Assembly: GCA_044434245.1 (NCBI GenBank)
Contig: JAWXSU010000001.1
Location: 1 to 35,618 of the forward strand
Length of the DNA stretch: 35,618 bases
Reading direction: 5' to 3'
Origin: Rikenellaceae bacterium
GTDB lineage: Bacteria; Bacteroidota; Bacteroidia; Bacteroidales; Rikenellaceae
The translations under genes were made by a program, and so were the position numbers. The notes under the pieces were generated by a model. The model made no database searches, was not told the origin of the DNA, and saw nothing but the letters and a program-made list of their open reading frames with translations. This document shows positions 26,341 through 35,618 of the stretch, piece by piece; the first letter of the stretch is position 1; every line of letters begins with the position of its first letter.

Positions 26341-26431
26341 GTAACAAAGATATAAATTTAGTGTGATTAATGAAACTTTAAGGCGAGAATTTAGTATCTA
26401 AATAAAAAAAGTAATAAAAGTGGTGTAAAAT

Positions 26432-26463
26432 TTTGTAAAATAGTGAAATATAGCGTATATTTG
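26432..26463 (+). promoter_or_regulatory. Sigma-A promoter for the HU-bS22-rne region
   Basis: TTTG (26432-26435) and TATATTTG (26456-26463). Confidence 0.6.
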
Positions 26464-26510
26464 CACTCCGGTTTAAAAACAATATTAATTTAAACAATAA
26501 ATATATAACT

Positions 26511-26783
26511 ATGACAAAAGCAGATATCGTAAGCGAAATCGCTAAGACAACAGGAGTGGAGAAGGCACAAGTGCAAACTATCGTAGAGGCATTTATGGAT
26601 AGTGTGAAAGATTCTATGGCAGAGGGAAACAATGTATATTTGCGCGGTTTTGGTAGCTTTATCGTTAAGAAGAGAGCTCAAAAAGTTGCTCGTAACATCT
26701 CAAAGAGTACGACGATTACTATCCCAGAGCATAATATTCCAGCATTTAAGCCAGCAAAGAGTTTTGCTGAGATGATTAAATAA
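26511..26783 (+). CDS. HU/IHF family DNA-binding protein
   Basis: MTKADIV.EI, VYLRGFGSF, ARNI and PAFKPAK motifs. Confidence 0.96.
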   Translation: MTKADIVSEIAKTTGVEKAQVQTIVEAFMDSVKDSMAEGNNVYLRGFGSFIVKKRAQKVARNISKSTTITIPEHNIPAFKPAKSFAEMIK

Positions 26784-26817
26784 GTAAAGTAAGTTTAACC
26801 CAATAAAATCCAAGAGT

Positions 26818-26907
26818 ATGCCAAGCGGTAAGAAAAGAAAAAGGCATAAGATGGCTACCCACAAGCGCAAGAAACAACTGCGTAAGAATCGTCACAAGAA
26901 GAAGTAG
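26818..26907 (+). CDS. Small ribosomal protein bS22 (AURKAIP1/COX24 domain), 29 aa; absent from the ORF track
   Basis: My translation: MPSGKKRKRHKMATHKRKKQLRKNRHKKK*. It has an A-rich leader with A at -3. Confidence 0.88.
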   Translation: MPSGKKRKRHKMATHKRKKQLRKNRHKKK

Positions 26908-26944
26908 GTAGCCGACATCTTATTAAGAGTCGCCTAAGAAGAAT

Positions 26945-26978
26945 TAAAGCTAAGGATGAGTATTCTTCCTTAGCTTTA
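26945..26978 (+). terminator. 12-bp hairpin after the bS22-like gene (terminator or processing/stabilising stem)
   Basis: TAAAGCTAAGGA / TCCTTAGCTTTA, with only a weak U tail. Confidence 0.55.
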
Positions 26979-27080
26979 GTCTATTATAGGAGTCACTATT
27001 GAGTCAAATTGTTGACATTCAGTGGCTTTAAAATGCAAATTCGACAAATTGTTGATAAATCAATATACATCGATTGTTTT

Positions 27081-28628
27081 ATGAATCGAGAGTTAATAAT
27101 AAACGTAACACCCTCAGAGATCTCTATAGCCCTCTGCGAAGATAAGGTTTTGGTCGAGCTCAATAAAGAGCAAAGCCAAACGGGTTTCGCAGTGGGGGAT
27201 ATTTATTTGGGTAAGGTGCGCAAGTTGATGCCTGGGCTAAATGCCGCTTTTGTCAATGTTGGTCACGAGAGAGATGCCTTTATTCATTATTTGGATTTGG
27301 GTAATCAATTCTCAGCACTTGATAAAATTGTGTCGAGTCACCAGCCGGGCAAAAGAGGGGTAAAGGTTGAGGCTCTAAAACTCCAAGATCCGCTCGAAAA
27401 GGGTGGTAAAATAGGGTCGCATCTACAAGTGGGGCAGACGGTGATGGTTCAGATTGCAAAAGAAGCGATCTCGACTAAGGGTCCACGTCTTACGGCAGAG
27501 ATATCACTTGCGGGTCGCAATGTGGTGCTCGTTCCATTCTCAAATAAAGTTTTCTTGTCGCAAAAAATTCGCTCTGCGGAGGATAAAAAGCGACTAAGAC
27601 GTGTGGCGGCAGGGGTGCTGCCAAAGAATTTCGGTGTCATAATCCGTACAGCTGCGGTGTCGGCAAAGGATGAAGATATCGAACAAGATATAGTATCGCT
27701 ACTGGAGAGATGGCGTAAAATCCTCCAAAACATAAGAAAAAATACAGCTCCCGCTCTGCTAATGAGTGAAATGAGTCGTGCGAATACGATTATTCGTGAT
27801 ACTCTCAATGGAAGTTTTTCGCAAATTGTGGTCGATGATGAGGCTATGTATGCCACAATTCGTAACTATATAAAGCTCATAGAACCTGAGCAAGAGAAGA
27901 TTGTGAAACTTTATAATGGCTCGGTTCCAATATTCGATAATTTCGATATCTCGAAACAGATAAAGTCGCTTTTCGCAAAATATGTGTCACTAAAGCGAGG
28001 TGCATATCTTATTATCGAACATACGGAGGCGATGAATGTTATAGATGTTAACTCCGGAAATCGAACCAAAGCGGAGGATAACCAAGAGCAGACGGCGATG
28101 GATGTGAATTTGGCGGCAGCGGCAGAGGTGGCACGTCAGTTGAGACTTCGAGATATGGGTGGTATTGTTATTGTGGACTTTATAGATCTGCATAAGGCGG
28201 CTAATCGTCAACTTCTTTTCGAGGAGATGGTGAAACTTATGGCAGGAGATAAGGCGAAACATACGGTGTTGCAACTCACCAAATTTGGACTCATGCAGAT
28301 TACACGACAACGTGTACGACCTATCGCTATTGAGGCGGTGGAGGATGTATGCCCAACATGTAATGGTACGGGAAAGATCCAGCCTACTGTTCTTATTGAT
28401 AAGACAATAGAGAATCAAATATCGTTTTTGACTGTAGATAGAAAACACAAATATATTCAGCTGCGTGTTAGCCCCTATGTCGAGGCATTTATCACCAAAG
28501 GGTTGTTTTCATTGAGACGTAGGTGGAGTTGGAAGTATGGTTGTAAGATTGAAGTTATTGTAGATCAAAGCGTGGGAATCATTGATGTCACATATCATGA
28601 TAAGAGCGGAAGAAATATTTTAGCGTAG
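27081..28628 (+). CDS. Rne/Rng family ribonuclease (RNase E/G)
   Basis: GDIYLGKV..PGLNAAFV, KEAISTKGPRLT, IIRTAA, IDVNSG, RLRDMGGIVIVDFID, and Zn-link CPTCNGTG. Start at ATG 27081. Confidence 0.95.
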   Translation: MNRELIINVTPSEISIALCEDKVLVELNKEQSQTGFAVGDIYLGKVRKLMPGLNAAFVNVGHERDAFIHYLDLGNQFSALDKIVSSHQPGKRGVKVEALKLQDPLEKGGKIGSHLQVGQTVMVQIAKEAISTKGPRLTAEISLAGRNVVLVPFSNKVFLSQKIRSAEDKKRLRRVAAGVLPKNFGVIIRTAAVSAKDEDIEQDIVSLLERWRKILQNIRKNTAPALLMSEMSRANTIIRDTLNGSFSQIVVDDEAMYATIRNYIKLIEPEQEKIVKLYNGSVPIFDNFDISKQIKSLFAKYVSLKRGAYLIIEHTEAMNVIDVNSGNRTKAEDNQEQTAMDVNLAAAAEVARQLRLRDMGGIVIVDFIDLHKAANRQLLFEEMVKLMAGDKAKHTVLQLTKFGLMQITRQRVRPIAIEAVEDVCPTCNGTGKIQPTVLIDKTIENQISFLTVDRKHKYIQLRVSPYVEAFITKGLFSLRRRWSWKYGCKIEVIVDQSVGIIDVTYHDKSGRNILA

Positions 28629-28645
28629 CTATCAATATTTTAGCG

Positions 28646-31600
28646 ATGAGCAAAAAGATAGAAAAACAACAAAATACACAAGCCATCAGAGTAGAGAAAC
28701 TGTTATCTCTATACTCGGAGTCGGAGGCTTTGGTATTGTTGCAGAGAGAATTTAAGGGTAATAGTAGCACTACCATCCACCTCAAAGAGTTGGTTGGTGG
28801 TGCTCTTTCGTCGTATGGCGCAGCTCTCATATCGAGGGTTGGAGGGGTGCATATCTTTGTCGCAGAGGATAAAGATTCGGCGGCATATATGCTTAACGAT
28901 ATGTATGATCTGTTGGGTGAGGAGTCGATATATTTTTTACCTTCGTCATATAAACGTTCGATGATCTATGGTCGTGAGGATGCTAACAATGTTGTGCAGC
29001 GAACATCGACGATGAATGCTATTCGACGTGGAGATGCTCCACATGTTGTGGTGTGCACATATCCCGAGGCGTTGGCAGAGAGGGTTGTGGACTCGGATGC
29101 TATGAGACGAGAGGTGATAACCATTAAGGTGGGGGATAAACTACCCGTAGATTTCCTTATTGAGACTATCGAAGCGGCGGGTTTCGAGAGGGTTGATTTC
29201 GTATATGAGCCTGGACAGTACTCAACACGTGGAGGTATTGTTGATATCTTCTCATACTCTGAGAGTGAACCTTTTCGTGTAGATTTCTTTGGAGATGAGG
29301 TCGATTCGTTGCGTCAATTCAATATATCATCTCAACTGTCGCAGAGTAAGTTAGAGTTGGTGGAGATACTTCCGAATTTGAACTCTAATGGAGAGGATAA
29401 CTCTCGTAAGGTGTCGTTTGCGGAGTTTGTTGGTTCGGGGGTTACGTATTGGTTCTATGATGCTGATTATTCGTTACGTAAGGTTAATGATCTGCGTCGT
29501 AAGGTGCTTTCGGATATGGATGATCCATCGCTTATAGATCAGAGAGTGACAAGTCGTAATAAGCTGCTTGTGGATATGCAGAGCAGTCGAGTAATCACAC
29601 TGCGTGACACGCTAAAGGAGCGAGAGGTCGAAAAAGTTGTGGAGTTTAAAACACGTCCGCAACCGAAGTTCAACAAAAAATTTGAGGTGCTGGCGTCGGA
29701 TATAATCTCGTCGACACAGAGGGGGTATGAGACTTTTATTATGTCTCGTAACAAAGCGCAGATCGAGCGTTTGCAAAATATATTCTACCAGATAGGCTAT
29801 AAAGAGTTGGAGGTGAAGTCATATCCCGTGACTCTGCATGAGGGGTTTGTGGATGATGATTTGAGACTCTGTTTTTATACGGATCATCAAATCTTTGATA
29901 GATACCAACGCTACAAAATCCGAGGGGAGATTAAGCGAGATGAGCAGATGACCATTGCGGAGTTGAATCAGCTCAAGATGGGAGATTATGTTGTTCACTA
30001 TGACCATGGAGTTGGAAAATTTGGAGGACTTGTCAAACTCAATGAGAATGGACGAATTCATGAGGCTATAAAGCTGATATATAGGGACAATGATGTGTTG
30101 TTTGTGAATGTCCACTCGTTACACAGAATTTCTCGCTACAAGAGTGGGGAGGGTGAGCCACCCAAGACCCATAAGTTGGGAAGTGGGGTGTGGCAACGAC
30201 TCAAAAGTACCACCAAAAAGGCGGTTAAAGATATATCTCGTGAGCTTATTGCATTGTATGCGAAGCGAAAGGCGAGTGCCGGATTTGCATTCTCCGAGGA
30301 TACATATCTGCAGCAGGAGCTCGAAGCGTCGTTTATGTATGAGGATACTCCGGATCAAAATGCGGCGTCGCAGGCGGTGAAAAAAGATATGGAGTCATCA
30401 GAACCAATGGATAGATTGGTGTGCGGAGATGTAGGTTTTGGAAAGACAGAGGTGGCAATTCGTGCGGCATTTAAGGCGGCGACGGATGGTAAGCAGGTTG
30501 CAATATTGGTGCCTACGACAATTCTTGCAATGCAGCACTATCGTTCATTTGTGTCGAGGCTAAAGGATTTTCCGGTGAAGATAGAGTATTTGAATCGTAC
30601 TAAGTCGGCACGTGAAACAACGATGATACTCAAAGAGTTGGCGGATGGTGCAGTAGATATATTGATCGGCACGCACAAGATTCTGGGCAAGACGGTGAAG
30701 TTCAAAGATTTGGGTCTGCTAATTATTGATGAGGAGCAGAAGTTTGGTGTGTCGGCAAAGGAGAAACTCACGGCATTGAGTGTGAATGTTGATACCCTGA
30801 CACTAACGGCGACACCAATCCCTCGAACGTTGCAATTCTCGCTTATGGGCTCTAGGGATTTGTCGGTTATATCGACCCCTCCACCCAATAGACAACCTAT
30901 TCTCACGGAGTCGCATGTGTTCTCGGAGGAGATAATCCAAGAGGCGATAGATACGGAGTTGAGCCGTGGAGGTCAAGTGTATATTGTGCACAATAGGGTC
31001 GAGGATCTTCAGAAAATCAAAGATATGGTTCAACGACTATGCCCTAAAGTGCGTGTGGGAGTGGGTCATGGAAAGATGCCGGCTAAGGATCTGGAGTCGC
31101 TCATCATGGATTTTATATATGGGGAGTATGATGTGTTGTTGGCAACGACAATCATTGAGAATGGAATAGATGTTCCTAATGCTAACACCATCATAATCAA
31201 CAATGCACAATATTTTGGATTGAGCGCACTGCACCAACTTAGAGGTCGAGTGGGGCGTAGCGACCGCAAAGCATATTGCTATCTGCTCTCGCCGCCCGAC
31301 GATTTGATAACAAGCGATGCGAGACGTCGACTCAATGCAATCGAGGAGTTTTCGGATTTGGGATCGGGTTTCAATATCGCAATGCAGGATTTGGATATTA
31401 GAGGTGCAGGAAATCTGTTGGGTGCAGAGCAGAGTGGTTTTATTGCGGATATCGGCTTCGAGACCTACCAAAAGATTATGCAAGAGGCGATAATGGAGCT
31501 TCGTGAGGAGGGTCTCAATGTCGCAGGAATAGCTCCCGAGGATAGTAATGGAGCGGGAGGAGATGTGCGGTTTATTGATGATTCGCATATTGATATTGCG

Positions 31601-32020
31601 GTGCCTGCAGAGTTGCCCGATTCCTATATTGCTCAAACGGCGGAGAAACTCAAACTGTATCGTGAGTTGGATGCTATAGTTACCGAGGATAAGCTCCAAG
31701 AGTTTAGTTCACGACTTGTGGATCGTTTTGGTGCGTTGCCACGTGAGGCGGAGGAGTTGTTGAATGTGGTGCGTCTGAGATGGGAGGCAATACGCCTTGG
31801 TATGGAGCGAGTGAAGGTGAAGAATGGTCTTATGATAGTGCACTTCGTAGGCGATCCAAATTCAGCATATTTCAAGAGCGAAACATTTATGGAACTTCTG
31901 AAAAAGGTTACAGCACAGCCCGATAGATATGTACTGCGAAATCAAAACGATAGATTGGCAATGACAATTCGTCGAGTTGCAGATATCGAATCAGCATATA
32001 AACTTTTAGCAACATTATAA
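28646..32020 (+). CDS. mfd: Transcription-repair coupling factor
   Basis: RGGIVDIFS, CarD-like GDYVVHYDHGVG, DRLVCGDVGFGKTEVA, IDEEQKFG, TATPIPRTL, QLRGRVGRS and DLDIRGAGNLLG motifs. Confidence 0.98.
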   Translation: MSKKIEKQQNTQAIRVEKLLSLYSESEALVLLQREFKGNSSTTIHLKELVGGALSSYGAALISRVGGVHIFVAEDKDSAAYMLNDMYDLLGEESIYFLPSSYKRSMIYGREDANNVVQRTSTMNAIRRGDAPHVVVCTYPEALAERVVDSDAMRREVITIKVGDKLPVDFLIETIEAAGFERVDFVYEPGQYSTRGGIVDIFSYSESEPFRVDFFGDEVDSLRQFNISSQLSQSKLELVEILPNLNSNGEDNSRKVSFAEFVGSGVTYWFYDADYSLRKVNDLRRKVLSDMDDPSLIDQRVTSRNKLLVDMQSSRVITLRDTLKEREVEKVVEFKTRPQPKFNKKFEVLASDIISSTQRGYETFIMSRNKAQIERLQNIFYQIGYKELEVKSYPVTLHEGFVDDDLRLCFYTDHQIFDRYQRYKIRGEIKRDEQMTIAELNQLKMGDYVVHYDHGVGKFGGLVKLNENGRIHEAIKLIYRDNDVLFVNVHSLHRISRYKSGEGEPPKTHKLGSGVWQRLKSTTKKAVKDISRELIALYAKRKASAGFAFSEDTYLQQELEASFMYEDTPDQNAASQAVKKDMESSEPMDRLVCGDVGFGKTEVAIRAAFKAATDGKQVAILVPTTILAMQHYRSFVSRLKDFPVKIEYLNRTKSARETTMILKELADGAVDILIGTHKILGKTVKFKDLGLLIIDEEQKFGVSAKEKLTALSVNVDTLTLTATPIPRTLQFSLMGSRDLSVISTPPPNRQPILTESHVFSEEIIQEAIDTELSRGGQVYIVHNRVEDLQKIKDMVQRLCPKVRVGVGHGKMPAKDLESLIMDFIYGEYDVLLATTIIENGIDVPNANTIIINNAQYFGLSALHQLRGRVGRSDRKAYCYLLSPPDDLITSDARRRLNAIEEFSDLGSGFNIAMQDLDIRGAGNLLGAEQSGFIADIGFETYQKIMQEAIMELREEGLNVAGIAPEDSNGAGGDVRFIDDSHIDIAVPAELPDSYIAQTAEKLKLYRELDAIVTEDKLQEFSSRLVDRFGALPREAEELLNVVRLRWEAIRLGMERVKVKNGLMIVHFVGDPNSAYFKSETFMELLKKVTAQPDRYVLRNQNDRLAMTIRRVADIESAYKLLATL

Positions 32021-32025
32021 TCACG

Positions 32026-32751
32026 ATGAATCTAATTATCGACATAGGAAATAGCCGAGTGAAGGTTGCGGTGGTTGAGGGGCAGAGGATCATAGATTAC
32101 GCAGCAACAGATGACTATGATGAAAATATTGTAAAAAACTTTGCACAAAAATACGATATATCTAGATCAATCGTTAGTTCAACACGAGGTGTGCAGAGCG
32201 GCGTTGTCGACTCTGTGAGGGGTATAGTGGGGCATTGTTTGTTTTTTGATACGGAGCTAAAGATACCTCTCAGTGTACAATACTCTACGCCTCATACATT
32301 GGGTCGAGATCGATTAGCTGCGGCAGTTGGAGCTCGTGAAATGTTCGCAGAGGGAGATATGTTGATTGTAGATTTCGGTACAGCGATCACAATCGACTTG
32401 GTGACACGAGATGGCGGATTCGAGGGAGGTTCGATTTCGGTGGGACTGATGTTGAGATTTCGTGCGCTGCATGATTTCACTGCATCGTTGCCTTTTTGTG
32501 AGCCTTCGTTCGATGAGTTGGATATTGCTCGTTCGACACATGATGCCGTTGTGCAGGGGGTGATGAATGGTGTATGTTACGAAATTGAGGGGTATATTTC
32601 GCGATATTTGCAAAAATATGATAAATTATCTGTTATTTTTGTGGGTGGAGACGCAAAATTCTTTGAGAAAAGAATTAAAAATACGATATTTGTGGATCGG
32701 GAGCTCTTGTTTAGAGGTCTGAGTAGAATTTTAGATTATAATGCAGAATAA
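32026..32751 (+). CDS. coaX: Type III pantothenate kinase
   Basis: IDIGNSRVK, LGRDR, VDFGTAITID and GGDA motifs. Confidence 0.95.
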   Translation: MNLIIDIGNSRVKVAVVEGQRIIDYAATDDYDENIVKNFAQKYDISRSIVSSTRGVQSGVVDSVRGIVGHCLFFDTELKIPLSVQYSTPHTLGRDRLAAAVGAREMFAEGDMLIVDFGTAITIDLVTRDGGFEGGSISVGLMLRFRALHDFTASLPFCEPSFDELDIARSTHDAVVQGVMNGVCYEIEGYISRYLQKYDKLSVIFVGGDAKFFEKRIKNTIFVDRELLFRGLSRILDYNAE

Positions 32752-34072
32752 AAAAATTATTGTATCTCTTATGGCGTGTGTTGCAATGTTGTTGTCAACC
32801 ACACTGTTTGCACAATCAACATCGACTAAGAATACATATTCGATATACTCGATGTATGGGATTGGAGAGATCGCATCACAGGGAACTCTATCTATGAGGT
32901 CAATGGGAGGAGCGGGTTTAGCATCGAGAAGTAGTGCGAGCATAAACTTGTTGAATCCAGCGTCATATAGTATTGCACTATCGAAGGGTATACTTTTCGA
33001 CATAGGTATGGAGGCGTCTCTAATAACAAATGCCCAGAATAGTGGCGGTGAAGTCTCTAAGAGTCAATATATGGCAGCTAATCTGCACAATATTTCGTTT
33101 CAAGTTCCCGTAGCCAAAGGGTTGGGCCTAGCTTTCAGTTTGGCACCATATAGTACTGTTGGTTACTATCTTAACGAATATGATACGGATGTAGACACAG
33201 GGTTGATAACATATAGTTATAGTGGCTCGGGAGATATTACGGAGGTGAAGTTAGGTTTGGGTTGGAATGTGACAAAGGGACTCTCGATAGGAGTTGCGGC
33301 GCAATACTACTGGGGTTTGTTGGATAGATACTATTCGGTGTCGATTCTACCAATCACAACAAGCAAGACATACTCTACAACTCAGGGTCTTAGCAGTCTA
33401 TACATCTCGAAATTTAAGGCTCAGTTTGGAGTTCAGTGGGATGCAATGTATAAAACGAACCAACGCCTGACGTTTGGTGCGACATATGACATGGGTGGTA
33501 ATATAGCGGCTACGGAGGAGCTGATGGTTGTGAGTGGATCATCGTCTGATGTTGCGTCGATTGTAGGAAAAGATGCAGTGGCGTATCCGGAGTTAAATTT
33601 TCCACATCAATACTCTTTGGGTGTGACATATCGAGATCGTAAATGGAATGCAGCGTTGGATTTCACCTACCAAGATTGGAGTGGAAATTCATCGACACTT
33701 ACAACCGAGGGGGTGAGTGTGGCGTATGAAAATGTCGGTCATGTGAAGTTGGGATTAGAGTATGTTCCCAACAGAGTAGACTCTCGTAAATATATGAAAC
33801 GTGTGGCTTATCGAGTGGGAGCGAGATTAGGAAACTATTATCAGAGCTTTGGAGGTCAATCTCTTACGCAGTGGAGTACAACAGCTGGAATTGGATTGCC
33901 AATCAATATATTTGGAATGTCGAATATTGATTTCGGTGTTGAGTATGGAGGTTTAGGTACGATGAAAAGTGTTGAGAGTTTAAACCTTGTGCGACAAAAT
34001 TATTTTAAATTTGCAGTTGGAATCACACTCTTTGGTGATGATTATTGGTTCCAACGAATCAAGTATGACTAA
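32741..34072 (+). CDS. Outer-membrane beta-barrel protein (OmpP1/FadL-like)
   Basis: Signal peptide, YSMYGIGE..MGG.G...NPASYS, PYSTVGY, alternating beta-strand patterns, C-terminal WFQRIKYD. Confidence 0.75.
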   Translation: MQNKKIIVSLMACVAMLLSTTLFAQSTSTKNTYSIYSMYGIGEIASQGTLSMRSMGGAGLASRSSASINLLNPASYSIALSKGILFDIGMEASLITNAQNSGGEVSKSQYMAANLHNISFQVPVAKGLGLAFSLAPYSTVGYYLNEYDTDVDTGLITYSYSGSGDITEVKLGLGWNVTKGLSIGVAAQYYWGLLDRYYSVSILPITTSKTYSTTQGLSSLYISKFKAQFGVQWDAMYKTNQRLTFGATYDMGGNIAATEELMVVSGSSSDVASIVGKDAVAYPELNFPHQYSLGVTYRDRKWNAALDFTYQDWSGNSSTLTTEGVSVAYENVGHVKLGLEYVPNRVDSRKYMKRVAYRVGARLGNYYQSFGGQSLTQWSTTAGIGLPINIFGMSNIDFGVEYGGLGTMKSVESLNLVRQNYFKFAVGITLFGDDYWFQRIKYD

Positions 34073-34101
34073 AACAATAATAAATAAATCAAATTTTAAA
34101 G

Positions 34102-35460
34102 ATGAAAAGAATTAGACTCGCATTGATTATCTCTTTGTCTGTTTTTAGTTTCGCAGCACAGGCACAGAATGTCGATTTTAATGATCCTCAATATGCAGGT
34201 TGGGGAGCAGATGCACCAACACGAGAGCAGAATATGTTGATAAACACATTCTTCCGTGATGCACATACCAACAAAAGTTACGAGGAGGCATCTGGATACT
34301 TTAACCAACTTGTGGCGAATTGCCCAGAGGCATCGGAGTCGATTTTTGCTCGTGGAGTTGTGGTGTATAGAGCCAGAGTGACACGTGCTAAATCGTTGGA
34401 CGAGAAGAAGATTTTGGTGGATTCACTTATGTATGTTCACGACCTACGTTTGAAGTATTATGCTAACCATACCAAGCGTGGAGCAGATTACATCTTGGAT
34501 AGTAAGGCTCGTGATTTCTATAACTTTAATCGTAATGATCGTGCAGGTTTGCGCGAAGTGTTCAAAACAGCTATAGAGGCTAATGGTGAGAGTGTAGACC
34601 CACAATTTGTACTTCTCTATTTCCAAAACTTGTGTGAGGATTACAAGATGGATGAGATTATGGCTGAGGATGTTATGAATGAGTATGAGCGTTTGTCTCC
34701 ATTCTTTGATGCTTTGGAGAGTGAGTATATCAAATATCGTGATGATTTCACAGCGGCATTCAGTACAAGTGGTGTTGCGACGTGTGAGAATTTGGAATCT
34801 ATCTTTGCATCGAAGATTATTGCCGATCCAGAGAATACGGAGCTGTTGAATAAGTGCGTTAGATTGATGTCGAGACTTAAGTGTGATTCACCATTCTATG
34901 TATCTATTGTCGAGAAGCAATATCAGTTGGAGCCATCTGCACAAGCAGCAATGACTTTGGCTGCAATATATCAAGGCAAGGGTGAGTATGACAACTCTTC
35001 GAAGTATCTACGCGAGGCGTTAGCTGTTGAGGAGGATGTCGAGGCACGTGAGGCACTTAATTCACGTATTGCACTTGTTGAGTTGGCGGCAAATCGTATG
35101 GATGCAGCGGCAGCGGCAGCAAGAGAGTCGATCAATACACCAGATGGTACGAAGTCTGATAATGGAATTGCATATTTTGTTCTAGCACAATGTTATGCAG
35201 CGACAGCATCGGCATGTTCTGGATTTGATGGTCAGGCGATATTCTGGGCAGCGTATGATGTTATGTCGTTGGCATTGGCTAACTTCTCATCTGACGAGGC
35301 GGAGTATAAATCAGTGGCGCAAAGTAGTTTGAATTCATATCCTAGTTACTTCCCATCTCAAGAGGAGTGTTTCTTCAACGAGGTGAAGGATGGTGATAGT
35401 TTCACAATTAAATGCGGTATGGCGACAGGTTTCACAACAACAGTTCGTGTGCGCAAATAG
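34102..35460 (+). CDS. Secreted tetratricopeptide-repeat protein
   Basis: Signal peptide, helical Ala/Tyr-rich repeats, and C-terminal FPSQEECFF...TTVR typical of the TPR gene in the coaX-OMP-TPR-lptC cluster. Confidence 0.7.
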   Translation: MKRIRLALIISLSVFSFAAQAQNVDFNDPQYAGWGADAPTREQNMLINTFFRDAHTNKSYEEASGYFNQLVANCPEASESIFARGVVVYRARVTRAKSLDEKKILVDSLMYVHDLRLKYYANHTKRGADYILDSKARDFYNFNRNDRAGLREVFKTAIEANGESVDPQFVLLYFQNLCEDYKMDEIMAEDVMNEYERLSPFFDALESEYIKYRDDFTAAFSTSGVATCENLESIFASKIIADPENTELLNKCVRLMSRLKCDSPFYVSIVEKQYQLEPSAQAAMTLAAIYQGKGEYDNSSKYLREALAVEEDVEAREALNSRIALVELAANRMDAAAAAARESINTPDGTKSDNGIAYFVLAQCYAATASACSGFDGQAIFWAAYDVMSLALANFSSDEAEYKSVAQSSLNSYPSYFPSQEECFFNEVKDGDSFTIKCGMATGFTTTVRVRK

Positions 35461-35482
35461 TTAGAAATCGCAAAGTAGATAG

Positions 35483-35618
35483 ATGTATAGACCCAATATA
35501 TTAAGATCAATTATAGCACTCCTCTCCTATGTCATAATAGGTGGGGGTGCTATATCGCTATTTTCATGTGGAGGTGAGACTCCGCAGGTCAAGAGTGTTT
35601 CATATGAAACGTTGATGA
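35483..35618 (+). CDS. lptC: Probable LPS export protein LptC, 3'-truncated by the window edge
   Basis: Open frame MYRPNILRSIIALLSYVIIGGGAISLFSCGGETPQVKSVSYETLM with lipobox LFSC. Identity is inferred from the usual Bacteroidota gene order only. Confidence 0.55.
   Translation, partial: MYRPNILRSIIALLSYVIIGGGAISLFSCGGETPQVKSVSYETLM

Noticed and set aside
281-34626. Numerous short alternative-frame or antisense ORFs in the track (e.g. 603-938, 18689-19330, 20072-20554, 27990-28448, 31037-31699)
   Set aside because: They overlap well-supported genes largely or entirely and show no recognisable motifs. Treated as shadow ORFs.

Overview
Gene-dense chromosomal window from a Bacteroidota organism. 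TAnnTTTG (-7) promoter motifs, A-rich translation starts without Shine-Dalgarno (SD) sequences and the protein content suggest Rikenellaceae/Alistipes-like (inference). It carries housekeeping genes (infC, DbpA-type helicase, FKBP, thiL, adk, HU, a 29-aa bS22-like ribosomal protein missed by the ORF track, Rne/Rng, mfd, coaX, OMP-TPR-lptC). It also has a TolC-MacA-MacB-type ABC exporter with a LytS/LytTR two-component system, gadB, and scattered glycan genes (two sulfatases, a GH120-like beta-helix enzyme, a sialate O-acetylesterase, and a sulfatase-ROK-MFS-ManA operon). I saw no rRNA, tRNA, CRISPR array, transposase or phage genes. The most unusual structure is non-coding: two 94%-identical 167-bp MITE-like elements with 23-bp terminal inverted repeats. 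Each lies between convergent genes next to a long perfect hairpin, and one of these hairpins is part of a four-way-junction element with a G/T-skewed arm. Other notable items are an ATA-initiated, SD-led, stand-alone infC, an apparently catalytically dead EEP nuclease homologue, candidate leaderless genes, and an 11-bp-periodic Pho-box-like array upstream of a phosphate-porin-like gene. All calls come from reading the sequence by eye; no searches were run.
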